A stretch of 10,657 bases of DNA, from assembly GCA_046581755.1 (NCBI GenBank), contig JAYGFR010000070.1, positions 1 through 10,657 on the forward strand, read 5' to 3'. Each line of letters begins with the position of its first letter. Positions within the stretch are counted from its first letter, which is position 1. Made by a program: the position numbers and the translations under genes. Positions 6,382 to 10,657 of the stretch are shown in pieces. This DNA comes from Nitrospinota bacterium (lineage in GTDB: Bacteria > UBA8248). The notes under the pieces were generated by a model. It saw only the letters and a program-made list of their open reading frames with translations, had not been told where the DNA came from and searched no databases.

Positions 6382-7670
6382 ATGGGTAAATTTGAATTTT
6401 CCAAGGTCAGCGGGTCGCTCCACGAATGGGAGGTTTTCAACAACCTGGAGGATTCCCCCTGGCACAAAGACGCCATCTATCCCCGGTTTTCAGAGCGAGA
6501 ATACGAGCGGCGCAGGCAGGCGACCCGTGAGGCCATGAAAACGCGCGGCGTGGACTGCATCATCGCGGGCGGAAGCTCCAACCTGATGAGCATGTGGGGG
6601 GCGGTGGTCTGGCTGAGCGGGCACATGGACCACCGGAGCGTGGCCAATTACGTCGTCTTTCCGGCCGAGGGGGAGGCAACCTTGCTCTACCCCATGTCGG
6701 GACCCACATCTGGGCCGTGCGCCAGCAGGCGTCGGGGGTCGCGGATGTCCGCGCGGTGCGGAACGTGGGTGGCTACGGAAAGGGAGCGGCGGCGCGAATC
6801 AAGGAGCTCGGCCTGGAGGCCGGTACGATCGGCATCACCTCGGTCAACATGGAGGGCTGGGGGCCGGAGTATCTGCCCGTCAATTATTTTCAGGATCTGC
6901 AGGAGGCCCTCCCCGAGGCGGAGTTCGTTTTTCTCCCGGATTTTTTCCACAAGCTCTGATATCTCAAAAGCGACGAAGAGCTCGACTGCTACCGCAAGGC
7001 GGGCGAGCTGGCCGACCGGGCGATGGGGGCCCTGGTCGAGCGGGCCAAGCCGGGCGTGACCGAGCGCCAACTCGCCGCCAGCGCCAACTTCGCCATCGCC
7101 GACGGCGGGGGGTATCCCCACTTTTGCATCGTGGGGCCCACCTCGATGGCCAATCCGGCGAATATATTCGGGAACCCCAACCCCTCCGACCGCCCCCTCG
7201 AAGAGGGCGACATCATCAACAACGAGATGGCGGCGGGCTACGGGGGCGTCACCGTCCAGATCGGGAACCCGGTTTGCGTCGGAGAGCCCACCGAGGCGGC
7301 GAGGAGGCTCTGGGAGGAGGCGGTGCTGCCCAGCGCGAGGGCCATCGAAGAGGCTCTTGTGCCGGGTAAGACGCTTGAGGACGTGCGCCAGGCCGGGCGC
7401 GTCATCCTGGAAAACGGCTATACCGGCCGCCCGACCCTTTGCCACGGGATCGACATCGCCACCTCCTCTCCCCATATCCGGATGGAGGAGGTCCACGGGG
7501 CCGACTACGAGCAGACGCTCCAGGCCGGTATGGTCATCATGAGCGAGCCCAACCCCGCCACAAAGGACGGCCGCCTCGGGATGTTTTTCGGGCGCACCTA
7601 CATCATCACCGAGAACGGCAACGAGGCGGTGACGAAGTATCCCTTCGATCTTCCGGTCACCGGGAAATAG
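6382..7670 (+). pseudogene. M24 (Xaa-Pro aminopeptidase / creatinase fold) protein disrupted by a 1-nt deletion (~6697-6701) and an in-frame TGA (6957-6959)
   Basis: ATG 6382 with AGGAG SD. The first frame reads PRFSEREYERR...ATLLYPM. The protein-like reading continues in the next frame (GTHIWAVR...LPDFFHKL), hits TGA, then resumes in frame as YLKSDEELDCYRKAG...AKPGVTE...RPLEEGDII...HGID...LQAGMVIMSEPN...YIITENGNEAVTKYP, ending at TAG 7668-7670. Confidence 0.88.
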
Positions 7671-7688
7671 AAATAGGAGAATGACGAA

Positions 7689-8852
7689 ATGAGCGACACT
7701 TCGATTCTCGATACCCTCCCGCTCGCCCCAAGCGAGAGTCCCTTCGTGGTCGAGCACGGGGGCTTCTACCGCCGGTGGTTCTACATGATCGACGACCTTC
7801 AACTCCTCCAGGACACCGTCGCCACCCTCAAGGGGACGACGGACGACCTCTGGGTTCCGGTCTGGCGGGGGATCGGAAAAAAATTCGAGGACGAGGCCGA
7901 GGACCTCGCCGCGAAGGGAGAGGGCGCCGCCGCGCGCGCGAAGTTTCTCCAGGCGAAAACCTTCTACAGCATCGCCCGGTTTCCGCACCCTCTGACACCC
8001 CTCAAGGAGGAGGCCAACCAGGATTGCATCCGCGCCTATCTCCGCTCGTGCGATTTTCTCGATCCGCCGCTCGAGAGGGTGAATGTCGAGTGCGGGGGAA
8101 AATCTATTGTCTCTCATTTCCGCGCGCCGGCCGGCTCGGGCCCCGATAATCCGGCGCCCGCCGTGCTGATCATGTGCGGGGGCGACATGTTCAAGGAAGA
8201 CCGGGGCTGGGCGGGCGAGATGGCCATGGAGAACGGCCTGGCCTCGCTTGTCATGGACGGGCCCGCCACAGGGGAGAACCCGTTTCCCCACGAGCCCGAA
8301 TCGGTCAAGGCCTGGATGGCGGCGATCGACTATCTGGCGGCGCGGCCCGAGGTGGACGGGGCCCGCATCGGGGCGTTCGGCATCAGCCGGGGAGGGCACT
8401 CGGTCATGCTCCTGGCGGGCTCGTATCCCGGGGGCGTGCGCTGCGCCGTCGCCAGCGCAGGCCATCCATACGGCTACCGGATGAGCGAGGAGGAGCTGAA
8501 CCATTTCGTGGAGATGCGCAACCGTCGCTCCAGCATCATCTTCGGTGCGCCCGGGGACGGTCCCAGCTTCCCGCCCACCACCGTCGAGAAGGAGGAGGCC
8601 AACTTCAAGCGGTGGGCGCTCAGCGAACTGGGCCTCGTGGACAAGATCGTCTGCCCGGTGCTGATGATCAACGGGAAGCAGGATCATCTCTCCCCGATCG
8701 GGAATATCTACTACATGCTCGAGCACGGCCCCGTTACCGGCAAGGAGGCGCGGATTTATCCGGACGACGGGCACTGTGCGTTCAAGTATTTCGAGGAATG
8801 GGCGCCCGAATCGTTCCGGTGGATCAGGGAAAAGGTCGATCGAGAACCGTAG
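7689..8852 (+). CDS. Alpha/beta hydrolase, FrsA / DHPON hydrolase-like (second copy of the family)
   Basis: Motifs YSIARFPH, CGGDMFKED, MDGPATGE, RPEVDGARIG, G-I-S-R-G elbow, NGKQD and DDGH; AGGAG SD at 7675-7679. Confidence 0.87.
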   Translation: MSDTSILDTLPLAPSESPFVVEHGGFYRRWFYMIDDLQLLQDTVATLKGTTDDLWVPVWRGIGKKFEDEAEDLAAKGEGAAARAKFLQAKTFYSIARFPHPLTPLKEEANQDCIRAYLRSCDFLDPPLERVNVECGGKSIVSHFRAPAGSGPDNPAPAVLIMCGGDMFKEDRGWAGEMAMENGLASLVMDGPATGENPFPHEPESVKAWMAAIDYLAARPEVDGARIGAFGISRGGHSVMLLAGSYPGGVRCAVASAGHPYGYRMSEEELNHFVEMRNRRSSIIFGAPGDGPSFPPTTVEKEEANFKRWALSELGLVDKIVCPVLMINGKQDHLSPIGNIYYMLEHGPVTGKEARIYPDDGHCAFKYFEEWAPESFRWIREKVDREP

Positions 8853-8882
8853 GTTTCCATCCCTCCCCCGGGGGACCACGCA

Positions 8883-8914
8883 AAAAGGGCCGCGGCGAGT
8901 GCCGCGGCCCTTTT
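8883..8914. terminator. Bidirectional intrinsic terminator between convergent genes
   Basis: AAAAGGGCCGCGGC-gagt-GCCGCGGCCCTTTT: a perfect 14-bp inverted repeat with an A tract before and a T tract after, lying between the stop at 8852 (+) and the stop at 8936 (-). Confidence 0.92.
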
Positions 8915-8935
8915 GTTTGCGCGCTTTGCCGCCGA

Positions 8936-9859
8936 TCAGCTGTCGGCGTTGATTTGCTGGATGAGCTCTTTCAGAACCTGCTCGGATTTGTCGTTGTCCA
9001 CCTGGCAGGTGCCCGCCGCCTCGTGCCCGCCGCCGCCGTACTTCAGGCACAACTCGCCGACGTTAACGTTCGAGCTAAGGTTGACGATGGATTTTCCAAT
9101 GGCGAAGACGGTGATTTGCTTGTCCCTTCCCCACATGGCGTGAATCGAGATGTTCTGGTCGGGGAAGAGGGCGTAAATCATGAACCGGTTTCCGGCCCAG
9201 ATGGTTTCCTCGTTGCGCAGGTCCAAAATGATGAGATTGTCGTGGACCTTCGTGCACTTTTGAATCTGTTCCTTGAATTTTTCCTCGTGCTCGAAAAACA
9301 GCTTGATGCGTTCGGTGACGTCGGGGAGCTCGAGAATTTCGCTCAGGGGGATCTCGACGCATTTCTTCATCAGCATCATCATGAGGTCGTAGTTGGAGAT
9401 TCCGAATTCCCGGAACCGGCCCAGGCCGGTGCGCGCGTCCATGATGAAGCTGAGAAGCACCCAGCCGTCCGGATGAAGTACGTCGAACTGGGAGAAATTG
9501 CCCGAGTCCACCTTGTCCACGGCGAACATCATATCCTCGTCGATACTCGGAAATTTGTCTTCGCCGAAGTATTCATACACCACGCCCGCGCAGGAGGCCG
9601 CGTCCGGATCCGTGATGTAGTTTTTCGAGGTGCCGACCCGCTCGAGTTCGCTGGTATGATGGTCAAAAGCGATGTGTACGCCTTCCACATAGGGTAGGTT
9701 GGTGGTGATGTCCCTGCTCGTGATCTCGACCTTGCCGTCCTGCATGTCTTTCGGGTGGACGAATTTCACATCGTCAATCATGTTCAGGCTGTTGAGCAGC
9801 GCGCCGCAAACCAATCCGTCGAAATCACTTCTCGTTACCAGGCGATATTTGTCAGCCAT
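8936..9859 (-). CDS. DHH/DHHA1 phosphoesterase (NrnA/NrnB-like; family often annotated as 'exopolyphosphatase')
   Basis: Motifs RLVTRSDFDGLVC (DxDG), FDHH, AVDKVDS and C-terminal YGGGGHEAAG (DHHA1 GGGH..AAG). GGAG/AAGGG purine tract upstream of ATG 9859. Confidence 0.9.
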   Translation of the reverse strand: MADKYRLVTRSDFDGLVCGALLNSLNMIDDVKFVHPKDMQDGKVEITSRDITTNLPYVEGVHIAFDHHTSELERVGTSKNYITDPDAASCAGVVYEYFGEDKFPSIDEDMMFAVDKVDSGNFSQFDVLHPDGWVLLSFIMDARTGLGRFREFGISNYDLMMMLMKKCVEIPLSEILELPDVTERIKLFFEHEEKFKEQIQKCTKVHDNLIILDLRNEETIWAGNRFMIYALFPDQNISIHAMWGRDKQITVFAIGKSIVNLSSNVNVGELCLKYGGGGHEAAGTCQVDNDKSEQVLKELIQQINADS

Positions 9860-9947
9860 TTTCCCTTACTTCTCCACCCGTCATCGGAACGGTTATCCTC
9901 GCCAGCGATAAGATCGAAAGGGCCGGTTATCTCGTTCATTCGGTTAA

Positions 9948-9962
9948 TCGCTAAATTAGCGA
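9948..9962. promoter_or_regulatory. Perfect 7-1-7 palindrome upstream of the DHH gene, candidate operator
   Basis: TCGCTAA-A-TTAGCGA in the AT-richer intergenic region, about 90 nt upstream of ATG 9859. Confidence 0.4.
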
Positions 9963-10053
9963 AAGTTCACGGGAATCACAACCGGGGAAACGGGATTGCC
10001 CGCCCGCCGCCTTAAACTCCCCGATTGCGGGAAAAGCCACGCAAACGGGCCCA

Positions 10054-10418
10054 TCAGGCGGCATCGAGGGCCTGGGCGAGGTCCGCCTGGATATCGTCGA
10101 TATGCTCGATTCCGACCGAAAGCCGGACATAGCCCTGGGTCACGCCGATGGCCTCTTGCTCTTCCGCCGAAAGCTGGGAGTGGGTCGTGCTGGCGGGGTG
10201 GATGGCCAGGCTGCGCGAATCGCCGAAATTGGCGACATGGTAGAACATTTTTAGCGAATCGAAAAATCGTTTCCCGGCCTCCAGACCCTCCTTGAGCTCG
10301 AAGCCGACGAGTCCTCCGTAGCTGCCCTTCAGGTAGGTGTCCGCCCGCCGGCGGAACTCGCCGTCCATGAGGGTTGGGTGGATGACGTTCACGATTTTTG
10401 GATGATCGTTCAGAAACG
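10054..10418 (-). pseudogene. metY: 3' remnant of O-acetylhomoserine/O-acetylserine sulfhydrylase (MetY/Cys-Met metabolism PLP family), truncated by IS insertion
   Basis: FLNDHPKIVNVIHP...YGGLVGFELK...FYHVANFGDSRSLAIHPASTTHSQLSAEEQ...VRLSVGIEHIDDI..DL.QAL is the MetY C-terminal domain. The N-terminal PLP-binding part is absent, and homology ends at the IS terminus. Confidence 0.88.
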
Positions 10419-10657
10419 TGTGCATGGCGAATTCCTAATCAAGCAGCGATCGGTGTCTGAAATAGACCTCGGCAATGTGAGAGCCAGGTAGAATTGCTCA
10501 ATTCCGCCAAGGTAGGCGGTCCCTTCCCGGCGACTTCATTGGGTGTTTTTAGGTTCAGTGCCTGATGAACCCGGTGGGCATTGTAGTAATCTTGAAACTC
10601 CCCCAGCTTCTCTTCCAGATCGCGCTCGTTCCAGAAAAGAGTCTGGTCCAGGAATTC
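10419..10657 (-). mobile_element. End of an insertion sequence (IS481/IS3-superfamily DDE element), partial
   Basis: On the minus strand the transposase 3' end is followed by TTAGGAATTCGCCATGCACA. The element ends in ACA (TGT at 10419 on +), as IS481-type ends do, and metY-like sequence starts immediately after. Confidence 0.75.
10439..10657 (-). CDS. Transposase / integrase core domain (rve-type), C-terminal 72 aa
   Basis: Manual translation: EFLDQTLFWNERDLEEKLGEFQDYYNAHRVHQALNLKTPNEVAGKGPPTLAELSNSTWLSHCRGLFQTPIAA*. YN..R.H..L...TP is the conserved integrase-core C-terminal motif. Confidence 0.88.
   Translation of the reverse strand, partial: EFLDQTLFWNERDLEEKLGEFQDYYNAHRVHQALNLKTPNEVAGKGPPTLAELSNSTWLSHCRGLFQTPIAA

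Noticed and set aside
6690..6705. Programmed ribosomal frameshift in the M24 gene
   Set aside because: No X-XXY-YYZ slippery heptamer at the switch point, and a second lesion follows.
6957..6959. TGA as selenocysteine or recoded stop
   Set aside because: The position corresponds to a usually Arg, non-catalytic site, no evident SECIS hairpin follows, other genes here end in TGA, and the gene also has an upstream frameshift.
5480..7670. Bona fide creatinine -> creatine -> sarcosine pathway
   Set aside because: Only fold-level resemblance. Motifs diverge from true creatininase and creatinase, and there is no sarcosine oxidase or transporter in the window.
6687..9050. 787-aa minus-strand ORF
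   Set aside because: Antisense shadow of the M24 and second hydrolase genes, which happen to share a frame. High-GC codon bias removes stops, and no recognisable motifs are present.
1..10657. CRISPR array, tRNA or rRNA
   Set aside because: No regularly spaced repeats or structural RNA signatures seen.

Overview
GC-rich bacterial window. The minus strand, read in transcription order from the right edge, carries five elements: (1) the 3' end of an IS481/IS3-superfamily (rve integrase core) transposase with its terminal repeat; (2) the 3' remnant of an O-acetylhomoserine sulfhydrylase (metY-like) gene that this IS interrupts; (3) a DHH/DHHA1 phosphoesterase; (4) a class I adenylate cyclase (cyaA); (5) a gene missing from the ORF track (<1..828) that runs off the left edge. 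A five-gene plus-strand catabolic cluster sits between the DHH gene and cyaA. It contains two FrsA/DHPON-like alpha/beta hydrolases, a VOC protein, a creatininase-family amidohydrolase and an M24/creatinase-fold pseudogene with a frameshift and a premature TGA. The most unusual element is the 1..828 gene. By manual translation it encodes a three-helix ZorA/MotA-type ion-channel module whose cytoplasmic tail switches to a nucleotidyltransferase-like domain, and that domain has NxN where the catalytic DxD is expected. It lies directly downstream of, and co-oriented with, an apparently intact adenylate cyclase. All family assignments come from motif recognition by eye, not from database searches.
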